From Marmoricola sp. (GTDB taxonomy: Bacteria; Actinomycetota; Actinomycetes; Propionibacteriales; Nocardioidaceae): DNA of 64,000 nucleotides. Positions 54,365 to 64,000 of the stretch are shown here, one piece after another; position 1 is the first letter of the stretch; each line of letters begins with the position of its first letter. The notes below the pieces were generated by a model. It had not been told where the DNA came from, did no database searches, and was given only the letters and a program-made list of their open reading frames with translations. Location of the stretch: NCBI GenBank assembly GCA_036272095.1, contig DATAZI010000037.1, positions 9,823 through 73,822 on the forward strand, given 5' to 3'. A program made the position numbers and the translations under genes.

Positions 54365-57085
54365 GTGTCAGAGAATGCGCCCGAGAACGTGCCCGAGACT
54401 GTGCCCGAGGCGCTGCCCGCGTCCCGCCCCAGACTGCTGCTCCTAGACGGCCACTCGCTGGCCTACCGGGCTTTCTTCGCGCTTCCCGTGGAGAACTTCT
54501 CGACCGCGACCGGACAGTCCACGAACGCCGTCTACGGGTTCACCTCGATGCTGGTCAACGTCCTGCGCGACGAGCAGCCCACCCACGTCGCGGTCGCCTT
54601 CGACAAGTCCCGCAAGACCTTCCGCCTCGCGGAGTACCCCGAGTACAAGGCCAAGCGCAACAAGACGCCCGAAGAATTCAGCAGCCAGCTCTCGCTCCTC
54701 CGGCAGCTTCTGGACACCTTCCGGATCCAGCACCTGGTCTACGAAGGCTACGAGGCCGACGACATCATCGCGACCCTGACCACCCAGGGCCTCGCTGCCG
54801 GGTACGAGGTGCTGATCCTCACCGGTGACCGTGACTCGTTCCAGCTGATCACCGCCGACTCGACGGTGCTGTACCCGATGCGCGGTGTCTCCGAGCTGGC
54901 ACGGATGACCCCCGAGGCGGTGGAGACCAAGTACGGCGTCCCTCCCGACCGGTACCCCGAGCTTGCGGCGCTGGTCGGCGAGGACTCCGACAACCTGCCC
55001 GGCATCCCCGGCGTCGGCCCCAAGACTGCGGCCAAGTGGATCGTCACCTTCGACGGTCTGGACAACGTGATCAACCGCGCCGAGGAGGTCGGCGGCAAAG
55101 CGGGGGAGAGCCTGCGCGACCACCTCGACGACGTGATCCGCAACCGCCGGCTCAACGCGCTGGTGCGCGACCTGGCGCTCGAGCTGGTCCCCGAAGATCT
55201 CACCCGCGTCGAGTGGGACCGCGCTGCTGCGCTGGAGCTCCTCGACGAGCTGGAGTTCCGCGGCGAGCTGCGCACCCGGATCCTGGACACCCTGGCGCCG
55301 GCGGAGGAGCCCGAGGTCGAGGGCGGCTTCGATCTCGCCGGCCGGACCATCGCGTCCGACGAGGTGGCGGGCTACCTGGACGGCCTCGACTCCGGTCCCA
55401 TCGGTCTCTACGTGCGGGCGAGCTGGGGATCGGGCACCGGCAGGGTCGACGGCATCGCGCTGGCCCAGGCCGACGGCGACGCGGCGTACGTCGACGTGGC
55501 CGGTCTGACTCCGGACGACGACGCCGCGCTGGCCGGCTGGCTGGCCGACGCGGCCCGACCGAAGATCGTCCATGACGCCAACGGCCCGCTGCTCGCGCTG
55601 AGGGCGCACGGCTGGCAGCTGGCGGGCCTAGCTACCGACACCGCGATGATGGCCTACCTGGTCGCGCCAGATCAACGGTCCTACGGACTGGCCGACCTGA
55701 CCCTGCGCCACCTCAAGCGCGAGCTGAAGCAGGAGGCCGGTGACGACCAGGGACTGCTGTTCGAGTCCGGCGACGAGATCAGCGAGTCGGCGATGCTGCA
55801 CGCGCGCGCGGTCCTCGATCTCGCCGTCACGCTGGCCGCCGACCTTGCTGACCGCGGCGGCACCAGGCTGCTCGACGAGATCGAGCTGCCGCTGGTGGAG
55901 GTGCTGGTCGGGATGGAGCAGGTCGGCATCGCCGTGGACCAGGAGTTCCTGGTCGGGCTCGAGGCCGAGTTCGGGGACCACGTCCGCGCCGCAGCGGGTG
56001 ATGCCTACTCGGTGATCGGCAAGGAGATCAACCTCGGCTCGCCCAAGCAGCTCCAGGTGGTGCTCTTCGACGAGCTCGACATGCCGAAGACCAAGCGCAC
56101 CAAGACCGGCTACACCACCGACGCGGACGCGCTCCAGGGACTGTATGAGAAGTCCGAGCACCCGTTCCTGCAGCACCTGCTCCGGCACCGCGACGTCACC
56201 CGCCTGCGGCAGACCGTCGAAGGCCTGCTGAAGACGGTCGCGCCGGACGGGCGGATCCACACCACCTTCAACCAGCTGATCGCAGCCACCGGTCGGCTCT
56301 CCAGCACCGACCCCAACCTGCAGAACATCCCGGTCCGCACCGAGGAGGGCCGACGGATCCGGGAGGCGTTCGTGGTCGGTGCCGGCTACTCCGAGCTGCT
56401 GACCGCCGACTACAGCCAGATCGAGATGCGGATCATGGCGCACCTCTCCGAGGATGCCGGGCTGATCGAGGCATTCAACTCCGGCCGTGACTTCCACCAG
56501 GTCACCGCTGCCCGGGTGTTCGGCGTCGAGCCGAGCGAGGTCAACGGTGAGATGCGAGCCAAGATCAAGGCGATGAACTACGGGCTCGCCTACGGGCTCT
56601 CGGCGTTCGGGCTCTCCCAGCAGCTCAAGATCGACACCGGCGAGGCCCGCGGCCTGATGGACGAGTACTTCGAGACCTTCGGCGGCATCCGCGACTATCT
56701 CGCCGGGGTTGTCGACGAGGCCCGCAGCACCGGGTTCACCGAGACGATCATGGGCCGCCGGCGCTACCTGCCCGACCTGACCAGCGACAACCGGCAGCGC
56801 CGCGAGATCGCCGAGCGGATGGCACTGAACGCGCCGATCCAGGGCTCGGCCGCCGACATCATCAAGGTCGCGATGCTCAACGTCGACCGGGCGATGACTG
56901 CCGGCAAGCTCTCCTCACGGATGCTGCTCCAGGTCCACGACGAGCTCGTCTTCGAGGTCGCGACCGGCGAGCGCGAGCAGCTCGAGTCCCTCGTCCGGGA
57001 GCAGATGGCGGCAGCTGCCGACCTGACGGTGCCGCTCGACGTCTCGGTGGGGACCGGCCGCAGCTGGCACGAGGCCGCCCACTGA
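54365..57085 (+). CDS. polA: DNA polymerase I
   Basis: GTG 54365; LLLDGHSLAYRAFFA, EADDII, TGRLSS..PNLQNIP, ADYSQIE.R, K..NYGL.YG, LQVHDEL. Confidence 0.98.
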   Translation: MSENAPENVPETVPEALPASRPRLLLLDGHSLAYRAFFALPVENFSTATGQSTNAVYGFTSMLVNVLRDEQPTHVAVAFDKSRKTFRLAEYPEYKAKRNKTPEEFSSQLSLLRQLLDTFRIQHLVYEGYEADDIIATLTTQGLAAGYEVLILTGDRDSFQLITADSTVLYPMRGVSELARMTPEAVETKYGVPPDRYPELAALVGEDSDNLPGIPGVGPKTAAKWIVTFDGLDNVINRAEEVGGKAGESLRDHLDDVIRNRRLNALVRDLALELVPEDLTRVEWDRAAALELLDELEFRGELRTRILDTLAPAEEPEVEGGFDLAGRTIASDEVAGYLDGLDSGPIGLYVRASWGSGTGRVDGIALAQADGDAAYVDVAGLTPDDDAALAGWLADAARPKIVHDANGPLLALRAHGWQLAGLATDTAMMAYLVAPDQRSYGLADLTLRHLKRELKQEAGDDQGLLFESGDEISESAMLHARAVLDLAVTLAADLADRGGTRLLDEIELPLVEVLVGMEQVGIAVDQEFLVGLEAEFGDHVRAAAGDAYSVIGKEINLGSPKQLQVVLFDELDMPKTKRTKTGYTTDADALQGLYEKSEHPFLQHLLRHRDVTRLRQTVEGLLKTVAPDGRIHTTFNQLIAATGRLSSTDPNLQNIPVRTEEGRRIREAFVVGAGYSELLTADYSQIEMRIMAHLSEDAGLIEAFNSGRDFHQVTAARVFGVEPSEVNGEMRAKIKAMNYGLAYGLSAFGLSQQLKIDTGEARGLMDEYFETFGGIRDYLAGVVDEARSTGFTETIMGRRRYLPDLTSDNRQRREIAERMALNAPIQGSAADIIKVAMLNVDRAMTAGKLSSRMLLQVHDELVFEVATGEREQLESLVREQMAAAADLTVPLDVSVGTGRSWHEAAH

Positions 57086-57092
57086 GTCGTGC

Positions 57093-58358
57093 TCAGTCCT
57101 GGGCGCCGGCGGCCGCTCGGCTATCGATGCGCAGTTTCCACAGGCTCAGCCCGAGCAACAGCGCCAGCAGCGCCGAGTCCACGGCGAGCACCCGGGTGAC
57201 CAGCTGCAGTACCGAGGAGCTCTTCAGGCCGAGGAAGATCAGCGGCACCAGCGCGATCCACAGCAGGATCACCGAGTTGCGCGACTGACGGGCGAGCACG
57301 CTGTAGACGAGCAGCTGCAGCATGGACAGCACCGTGCCGAGAACGGCGAAGATCCACAGCCGGTCGCGGATACCGTCATAGCTGGAGCCGCCGACGAAGG
57401 TCAGCGCCAGCCCAGGCAGCAACCGCACCCCGATCGTGACGACGATCCCGGTCACCGCTACCAGCACCAGGCTGCCCAGCAGGGCCTTGCGCCGCGCGTC
57501 GTCGGTGCCCATCGACGGGAACGCCAGCACCACGACGAACTGGGGCAGGAAGGTCACCGCCTTGACCATGATCAGCCCGCTCGCATACAGGCCGGAGTCG
57601 TGGCTTCCCAGCGCATTGCGGGCCAGCACGATGTCGATGCTGGACAGCACCAGGAACGCCAGCAGCGCTTGGGAGTTGTACACCGTCTCCCACCACAGGG
57701 CGCGGGCGCTGTGGTCGTCGCCCGGTACGGCATCTGCCGTCCGGGCGCTACGGGGTTCGCGCAGTGCGACGCCCGCCACCAGTACCGGGACGAACGCGCC
57801 CAGGGCCACCGCGACCAGAGCGGTGAACTCCTCGGGCTTCCACTCCAGCAAGGCGACGCCGAGGCAGAGGCGGGGGACGCCTGCGGAGAGATACACCAGG
57901 GCGAGCGGGACCCAGCGGCGCTCGCCTTGAAGGACACCGGCCTGGGCGCCCATCAGGGTCGCGGGCGCGACGGCGACGGCGAGCAGCAGCGCAGCCGGAA
58001 GGCTGTGCAGGCGCAGTGCGATGTTGACGATGGGGGACAGTGCGGCGAACACCAGCGCGAGCACGACGGCCGAGCGACGTCCGACGAGCAGGATCGCGTG
58101 CTCGACCTCGTGCGCGTCGCCCGGCTCCCGGGCGATCCGACGGGCAGCGGTGGCCTGCAGCGCCAAGGCGAGGACGCCGGCGACCAGGAGCACATTCATG
58201 ATGGCGGCGAACGCGCCGTACGAGCGAGGGCCCATCAGGCCGGCGGCCAGGATCGTGAACGCGTAGGTGGTGAGGTTCATGGCGACGATCGCGACGGCGA
58301 TGGCAGATCCTCCGCGGACGGCGTCCTTGGTGCCCGACGTCGTCGCTTCCTGTGTCAC
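57093..58358 (-). CDS. Polysaccharide biosynthesis flippase-like (Wzx/MOP) membrane protein
   Basis: About 12 hydrophobic segments; YGAFAAIMN, G.LQGE.R, SIDIVLAR, GLYASG; TAGGGT 6 nt before GTG 58358. Confidence 0.8.
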   Translation of the reverse strand: MTQEATTSGTKDAVRGGSAIAVAIVAMNLTTYAFTILAAGLMGPRSYGAFAAIMNVLLVAGVLALALQATAARRIAREPGDAHEVEHAILLVGRRSAVVLALVFAALSPIVNIALRLHSLPAALLLAVAVAPATLMGAQAGVLQGERRWVPLALVYLSAGVPRLCLGVALLEWKPEEFTALVAVALGAFVPVLVAGVALREPRSARTADAVPGDDHSARALWWETVYNSQALLAFLVLSSIDIVLARNALGSHDSGLYASGLIMVKAVTFLPQFVVVLAFPSMGTDDARRKALLGSLVLVAVTGIVVTIGVRLLPGLALTFVGGSSYDGIRDRLWIFAVLGTVLSMLQLLVYSVLARQSRNSVILLWIALVPLIFLGLKSSSVLQLVTRVLAVDSALLALLLGLSLWKLRIDSRAAAGAQD

Positions 58359-58398
58359 CCGCACACCCTAAGGGGTGCCGGGTCCTAGGCTGGCCGGT

Positions 58399-59499
58399 GT
58401 GAGCGACCCCGGCGACTCGAGTCTGCGGACCCCGGTCGACGCGGCAGTGGCCCAGGCCCGGCGGGTGATCGGCCTGTACGGCGACCCGGATGTGTCCTGG
58501 AGCATCGTCCTTGCTGTGGACCTGGTCGGCGCCGTCGACCCGGCTGACGCCTCGGCTGCGGCGGGACGCCTGGTCGCCGTCCACACGCACCTGGGACGCG
58601 CTCCGACGGTGACGTTGTTCGCCGCGGGCGGCGAGACGTCCGTCGTGGACGCGTTCGCGAACGAGCCGTACGGCGACCACGACCCGTTGCTGCGTGCGGC
58701 GTTGTCCGCCGACGGGCGGACCCTGGTGGTCGCCGCCCACCACGGTGCCGTCGACGGGCTCGGGCTGCTCGGTGCCGCAGCGGCCCTGGCCGGCGTACCG
58801 CTGACCTCGTCGGCGACCGGGATCGAGCCCGGCGCTCAACCCGCAGGGTTCCTGCGAGCCAGCCTCGGGCGGCTCGTCGAGGCGCTCGTGCACCCACCGG
58901 TGCGCCTGCGGTCGGATCCGACCGGCGATTCCGGCGGCGGTGACTGGCTGCTGACCAAGGTCGTGCACCCGGTCCGGCCGTCCAGCGGAGCCCTGGTGAT
59001 GGCAGCGGTGGCCACAGTCCGGGCGCGCAACGTCGGCACCCCCGCGCGTGGCCGGCGACTCCTGGTGGCGATGGGGCTCTCGCGCAGGCCCGGGTCCCCG
59101 ACGCCGTCGCCGGACCGTGACACCGCCTACGTCCGCCTTGCGGTCGATGCCGTCACGACAGCAGCCGACGCGGCCGAGGTGCTGGCAACCACCGTCCCAG
59201 AGCCTGCGTTCCCGGCTACCGACGGCGGGGGGATCGCACCGAAGGTGACACGGTTGCTCTCGGCTCGGCTCGGCTCGACAGTGCTGGTCTCCAACCTCGG
59301 GAAGGTCGCTCCCGACGCCGTGACAGCAGTGCGTTTCTGGCCGGTACCCAGCGGTCCCGCCGGTGCTGCGATCGGTCTGGCGAGCGCCGGCGGCCGCACC
59401 ACGATCACGGTGCGGCTGAGGCGGGCCTGGTTCACGACCGGTGACGCCGACGAGATCGCCACGCAGGTTGCTGAGGCGCTGGAGTCTGCGTCGGCCTGA
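58399..59499 (+). CDS. Stand-alone condensation/CoA-dependent acyltransferase-fold protein
   Basis: HHxxxDG motif (AHHGAVDGLG), C-terminal VLVSNLG; TAGGCT 7 nt before GTG. Confidence 0.75.
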   Translation: MSDPGDSSLRTPVDAAVAQARRVIGLYGDPDVSWSIVLAVDLVGAVDPADASAAAGRLVAVHTHLGRAPTVTLFAAGGETSVVDAFANEPYGDHDPLLRAALSADGRTLVVAAHHGAVDGLGLLGAAAALAGVPLTSSATGIEPGAQPAGFLRASLGRLVEALVHPPVRLRSDPTGDSGGGDWLLTKVVHPVRPSSGALVMAAVATVRARNVGTPARGRRLLVAMGLSRRPGSPTPSPDRDTAYVRLAVDAVTTAADAAEVLATTVPEPAFPATDGGGIAPKVTRLLSARLGSTVLVSNLGKVAPDAVTAVRFWPVPSGPAGAAIGLASAGGRTTITVRLRRAWFTTGDADEIATQVAEALESASA

Positions 59500-59538
59500 G
59501 ACCGGGTCCGGCAGGCCGGGTCGCTCAGTACCGGCGGC

Positions 59539-60303
59539 TCAGTACGGGTCGTACGGCGAGTCGTGCCCGAAGATCCGGGCAGCGCCGCGCAGCTTGAACC
59601 GCAGCAGCACCTTGAGGAAGACGTTGCGGATCCACCACGGCAGCTCGGCCAGGATCCGCAACCGGTCGGCGGTGCTGGGTCGACGTACCCGGAACAGAGC
59701 CTGGGAGTCAGATCGTCGCTCGTAGGCCAGCGAGCCGGAGAACAGCACGTGCCGCAGGATGCCGAGGGTGACGCCGATCGAGGAGTAGCAGTCGTGGATC
59801 ACCACGGCTGCGCCGGCGGGCAGGTGCACCGCCCAGCGAAGGTCGTCCGACAACGTCCAGTAGTCGTGCTTGCCGTCGATGTAGAGCAGATCGAAGCCGC
59901 GGGTCCAACCGGGACGCAGCGAGGTGCTGTAGTCCTGAACCTGCTCGACGACCGGCTCCAGGCCCGCCGCAGCGATGTTCGACTCGAACTTCTCCTTGGT
60001 GCTCAACCCGCCGAACAGCCGGCCTTCGACGAACGGGTCGACGGCGACCACGTGCCCTCCGGTCGCGGCGAGCGCGTGCCCGAGCACCACGGTCGACCTG
60101 CCCTGGTGGCTGCCGATCTCCAGCGCTGTGGCTCCAGGCGGCAGCGCCCGGGCCTCGTCCCACAGGATCTGTGCCTGGCCCGGCTTGAGCCAGCCGGCGA
60201 CCTGGTCGGCCTGTGACCACGCCTGCGCCCAGTCGACGGGCTCGCCGGGACCGTTCGAGGTGCTGGGAACGGCCTGGTCAATCTCGGCGGGCTCTTCGTA
60301 CAT
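59539..60303 (-). CDS. Class I SAM-dependent methyltransferase (Methyltransf_24-like)
   Basis: VAGWL, ALEIGSHQGRST, VAVDPF, LLYIDGKHDY, VVIHD. Confidence 0.9.
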   Translation of the reverse strand: MYEEPAEIDQAVPSTSNGPGEPVDWAQAWSQADQVAGWLKPGQAQILWDEARALPPGATALEIGSHQGRSTVVLGHALAATGGHVVAVDPFVEGRLFGGLSTKEKFESNIAAAGLEPVVEQVQDYSTSLRPGWTRGFDLLYIDGKHDYWTLSDDLRWAVHLPAGAAVVIHDCYSSIGVTLGILRHVLFSGSLAYERRSDSQALFRVRRPSTADRLRILAELPWWIRNVFLKVLLRFKLRGAARIFGHDSPYDPY

Positions 60304-60340
60304 ACCGGCATCTTACGGGCACCGCGGATAGAGTGCGTCG

Positions 60341-63300
60341 GTGAACGCAGGGGAAGAAGGAACCGTGTCGGCGCCCCGCCGAGGCATCCAGGCAGCAGTA
60401 CGCCGGCTGCTCGCGTCCCCCATGCACATCGGCGTGCTCGCGGTCCTCGTAGCGGTCTCGTTCGCCCAGCGGGTCGGCCAGACGACCTTCGACACCAAGT
60501 TCGACCTGACCGCGGATCCCGGACGGTTCCTCGAGCGGGCGCTGACGCTGTGGAACACCAACATCGACTTCGGCGGCCTGGCCAACCAGGGCTACGGCTA
60601 CCTGTTCCCCCAGGGCTCGTTCTTCGCGCTCGGCGAGCTGGTCGGCGTACCGGACTGGATCATCCAGCGCGGCTGGTCGGCGCTGGTCGTCGTCGCGGCG
60701 TACGACGGCGCCCGCCGGCTAGCGCGGGCGCTGGGTATCGGCGTCGAGGTCATACCGGTGATCGCCGGGCTCGCCTACGCGCTGTCACCGCGGATCATCG
60801 GCCTCTCCGGCGCACTGAGCGCCGAGATCCTGCCGAGCGCGATGCTGCCGTGGGTGTGCCTGCCGCTGGTCCTCGCACTGACCGGCCGGATGTCGGCGCG
60901 ACGAGCGGCGGCGCTGGCGGGCCTGGCCGTCGTCTGCATGGGCGGTGTCAACGCCACCGAGAACCTCGTCACCTTGCCGCTCCCGCTGTTCCTGGTGCTC
61001 AGCGGCGTGCGTACCAGCGCCGGCCGCCGGCTGGCTGCCTGGTGGGCCGGCTGCACGGCGCTGGCCTGCCTGTGGTGGATGCTGCCGCTGGTGCTGCTCG
61101 GCAAGTACAGCCCACCGTTCCTGGACTACATCGAGAACGCCGCGACAACCACGCGCACTACCGGCTGGGACACCGTCGTCCGCGGTGCCGAGCACTGGCT
61201 CGGCTACCTCGTGATCGGCCCGGGCCAGTGGTGGCCGGGGGAGCACGAGCTCAGCACCGTACCCATCCTGGTCGTGCTCGGGGGTCTGATCGCCGCCGCC
61301 GGACTGGCGGGTCTGACCCGGCCGGGCCTGTCGTTCCGGGTGCCGTTCGTGCTGAGCCTGGTACTCGGCCTGGTGGCCGCGACCGCGGGGCACGGCGGCC
61401 CTGCCGGTACGCCGTTGTCCGGCACGGTCCGCACCCTGCTCGACGGCGGACTGGCCCCGTTCCGCAACGTGCACAAAGTGGATCCGTTGGTCAGGCTCCC
61501 GATCGCGCTCGGGGTCGGCGTGGTCTGCCTGGCTCTGAGCGCGTACGCCGAGCGCCGCCGTCGTACGCCCTCGCCGAGCGAGCGCTGGGCTGGTCTCGCC
61601 GTGGTGGTCCTGCTGCTGGCCAGCGCGGCGCCGGTGTTCGCGAACACCCTGCGTCAACCGGGCTGGGACAAGGTCCCCGACGCCTGGACCCGAGCCGCCG
61701 CCTGGGTCGACCACGACGGGCCGGGCACGACGATGGTCGTGCCGTCGATGGGGTCGGCTCAGCAGGACTGGGGCTGGACTGTCGACGAGCCGATCCAGGG
61801 TCTGGCGAAATCGGCGTGGGTGGCACGCACCCAGATCCCGCTGGTACCCACCGGGACGATCCGCTTCCTCGACGGGATCGAGGACCAGCTCGCTGACGGC
61901 ACCGGCTCAGCGGCGCTCGCACCGACCCTGGCCACCGCGGGAGTCACCCGGATCCTGGTCCGCAACGACGTCGCCTCCGATGCGACCGACGTGGCCGACC
62001 CGGCGCGGGTCGAGACGGCACTGACCAACAGCCCAGGCCTGGTCCCGGTCAAGGCGTTCGGCAGGTCCGGGATCGGTAAGCAGCCGCTGATCCAGATCTA
62101 CCGGGTGACCGCGGCGACCGGCCAGCCGGCAGCCGAGGACACCGGCAGCGTCCCGCTGCTGACCGGGTCGCCGGAGGACGTCGTCGCCGCCCGCGGTGCA
62201 GGGCTCATCCCTGCGTCCGGGCATGCCCGGGTCGGACTGGCGCCGCACGGCGCTGCGCCGGATATCGTCTCCGACGGCTACCGGAGGATCGAGCGCCAGT
62301 TCGGCATCTTCCACGATGCCGTCAGCCAGGTGATGACCCGGACCGAGCCTGGCCGTACCGGTCGTAAGGCCGCCGACTTCGCCGGGGCGCCCGGGGTGCC
62401 GCGGGTCTACGCAGATGAGTCGGACGTCGCGTCGGTCACCGCTACCTCATCGGCCGGGTACGCCGACACCCTCGGTGCGGTGCATCCCGAGCTCGGGCCC
62501 GCCTCGGTCCTCGACGGCGATCCGGGAACGTACTGGCGCTCGACGGCGTACCAACCGGCCGTCGGCCAGGCGCTCACCATCACCTTGGTCCGTCCGCACC
62601 CGATCGGTGTCGTCACGGTGCTGGCGGCCGAGGACGGCCTGTCCGGGTCGCCGGTCACCAAGCTGGCCATCGAGGCCGGCAAGGTCCGCAAAGTGTTCTC
62701 GGTCGGCCCCGACGGCCTCGCCGTCGCCGACTTCGGCGACGCCGTGAGGACCACGAAGGTGAAGGTCACGGTGCTCGGTGTCCGTGCCAAGCACCGCGAT
62801 GCCGTCGTCGCGATCCGCGACATCACGATCGCCGGTGTGGACAGCACCCGTCGCCTGGTGGTTCCTGATGTCGGTGCGCAAGCGAAGACGTCGTTCCTGT
62901 TCACCACGACCCCTCCGAGGCGAGCCTGCCTGGCCGGCGCGCTCGCGCTGACCTGTGACCCGAGCGCTGCCCGGCCGGGTGCGGAGCAGAGCCACCTGAA
63001 CCGGGAGTTCACCGAGCACGGCAACGGCACCTGGACCCTGTCGGGTCAGGCGGTCGCGCTGCCCTCCCCGGCCTCGGCGAAGCTGCTGCTGCCGCTGGGC
63101 AACGCGCTCTCCGCGACGGCCGACAGCGTGCTCGCCGGCGACGCCGCGGTGTCCGGGATGTTCGCGGTCGACGGCCAGGCGGACACGCCGTGGCTGGCGA
63201 GTCCCGGCGACCTGTCGCCCTCGCTCGACCTGGCCTGGAAGACTCCTCGGACGCTGAGCCGGATCCAGGTGGTCCCGTCGTTGCTCCCGGCGCTGGCGCC

Positions 63301-64000
63301 GTACGAGGCGGTCGTCGTTGCCGGTGGCCAGACCCGTACAGTCCGGATCGGCCAGGGCGGCCTCGGCTTCTTCACCCCCCTCAAGGGTGCGACGTCGGCC
63401 CGGATCACGTTGCTCGCACACGATCCTGACCCGGACCAGCACCTGTCGGTCGGCGTCGGCGAGTTGCAGATCACTGGTCTGACCGATCTCGCGAAGCCGG
63501 TCGCAGCCGCCTGGCACTTCACCTCCCAGTGCGGTCTCGGACCGGAGGTGACCGTCGGTCAGCGCAGCTACCGCACCGAGGTCAGCGGCACCCTCGGCGA
63601 CGTCATCAACGGGCGCGCTCTGGCCTGGCACAGCTGCGACGGCCTGGTGACGTTGACGTCGGGGACCCAGCAGCTCAGCGCTGCGGCCACGGGGGCGTTC
63701 TCGGCGACGACGGTGGTGCTGCGCAGCGACCAGGCATCGCAGTCAGCAGATGCCGAGCAGCGGGCGATCACCAGCGCGAGCCCTCTGGCACCGTCGATGC
63801 GGATCGACGTCGCCGCCGGACCGCAGGCGGTGCTCTCGTTCGGCCAGAACAGCAACCTCGGATGGCGTGCGACGTTGAACGGCAAGCAGCTGACCAGTGA
63901 GGTCGTCGACGGCTGGCAGCAGGGGTTCGTCGTCCCGGCCGGGGCCGGCGGGGCGGTCCACGTCGACTTCGCTCCGAGCACGTCGTACAGGATCGCGCTG
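60341..64000 (+). CDS. AftD-like alpha-(1->3)-arabinofuranosyltransferase (DUF3367), runs off the window end
   Basis: Not in the ORF track because it has no stop in the window; frame from GTG 60341 gives TFDTKFDLTADP..FL.RA..LW...NQGYGYLFPQG, PPFLDYIE, PFRNVHK, WGWTVDEP, discoidin-like DGDPGTYW, VDGWQQGF. Confidence 0.88.
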   Translation, partial: MNAGEEGTVSAPRRGIQAAVRRLLASPMHIGVLAVLVAVSFAQRVGQTTFDTKFDLTADPGRFLERALTLWNTNIDFGGLANQGYGYLFPQGSFFALGELVGVPDWIIQRGWSALVVVAAYDGARRLARALGIGVEVIPVIAGLAYALSPRIIGLSGALSAEILPSAMLPWVCLPLVLALTGRMSARRAAALAGLAVVCMGGVNATENLVTLPLPLFLVLSGVRTSAGRRLAAWWAGCTALACLWWMLPLVLLGKYSPPFLDYIENAATTTRTTGWDTVVRGAEHWLGYLVIGPGQWWPGEHELSTVPILVVLGGLIAAAGLAGLTRPGLSFRVPFVLSLVLGLVAATAGHGGPAGTPLSGTVRTLLDGGLAPFRNVHKVDPLVRLPIALGVGVVCLALSAYAERRRRTPSPSERWAGLAVVVLLLASAAPVFANTLRQPGWDKVPDAWTRAAAWVDHDGPGTTMVVPSMGSAQQDWGWTVDEPIQGLAKSAWVARTQIPLVPTGTIRFLDGIEDQLADGTGSAALAPTLATAGVTRILVRNDVASDATDVADPARVETALTNSPGLVPVKAFGRSGIGKQPLIQIYRVTAATGQPAAEDTGSVPLLTGSPEDVVAARGAGLIPASGHARVGLAPHGAAPDIVSDGYRRIERQFGIFHDAVSQVMTRTEPGRTGRKAADFAGAPGVPRVYADESDVASVTATSSAGYADTLGAVHPELGPASVLDGDPGTYWRSTAYQPAVGQALTITLVRPHPIGVVTVLAAEDGLSGSPVTKLAIEAGKVRKVFSVGPDGLAVADFGDAVRTTKVKVTVLGVRAKHRDAVVAIRDITIAGVDSTRRLVVPDVGAQAKTSFLFTTTPPRRACLAGALALTCDPSAARPGAEQSHLNREFTEHGNGTWTLSGQAVALPSPASAKLLLPLGNALSATADSVLAGDAAVSGMFAVDGQADTPWLASPGDLSPSLDLAWKTPRTLSRIQVVPSLLPALAPYEAVVVAGGQTRTVRIGQGGLGFFTPLKGATSARITLLAHDPDPDQHLSVGVGELQITGLTDLAKPVAAAWHFTSQCGLGPEVTVGQRSYRTEVSGTLGDVINGRALAWHSCDGLVTLTSGTQQLSAAATGAFSATTVVLRSDQASQSADAEQRAITSASPLAPSMRIDVAAGPQAVLSFGQNSNLGWRATLNGKQLTSEVVDGWQQGFVVPAGAGGAVHVDFAPSTSYRIAL

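Overview
High-GC actinobacterial chromosome segment. Gene content, gene order and repeat style suggest Nocardioidaceae (Nocardioides/Marmoricola-like); this is an inference. It is mostly core genome: ybaK, hisD-C-B-H-priA-hisF, a leuA-recO-uppS-zur-znuABC-glyQS-dusB block, an ABC exporter pair, hisI-(no trpE)-trpCBA-lgt-gltBD-pyk, tRNA-Leu(CAA), an ANTAR regulator, a liv-type ABC importer, polA, and the start of a glycan-biosynthesis cluster (flippase, stand-alone condensation-type acyltransferase, methyltransferase, AftD-like glycosyltransferase). No IS, prophage, CRISPR or rRNA was seen. Most notable observations: (1) a free-standing HTH + double-LAGLIDADG gene directly behind tRNA-Leu, broken by one in-frame TGA; (2) tiny bridging ORFs inserted at operon junctions (gltB/gltD, hisH/next gene) that overlap both the upstream stop and the downstream start, MIRU-like; (3) a ~110-bp dispersed intergenic repeat present three times; (4) trpE absent from its usual position; (5) a TetR/DUF1214-like/sulfotransferase module; (6) pervasive leaderless-type promoters. 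All protein assignments come from motif recognition by eye; no database search was run.
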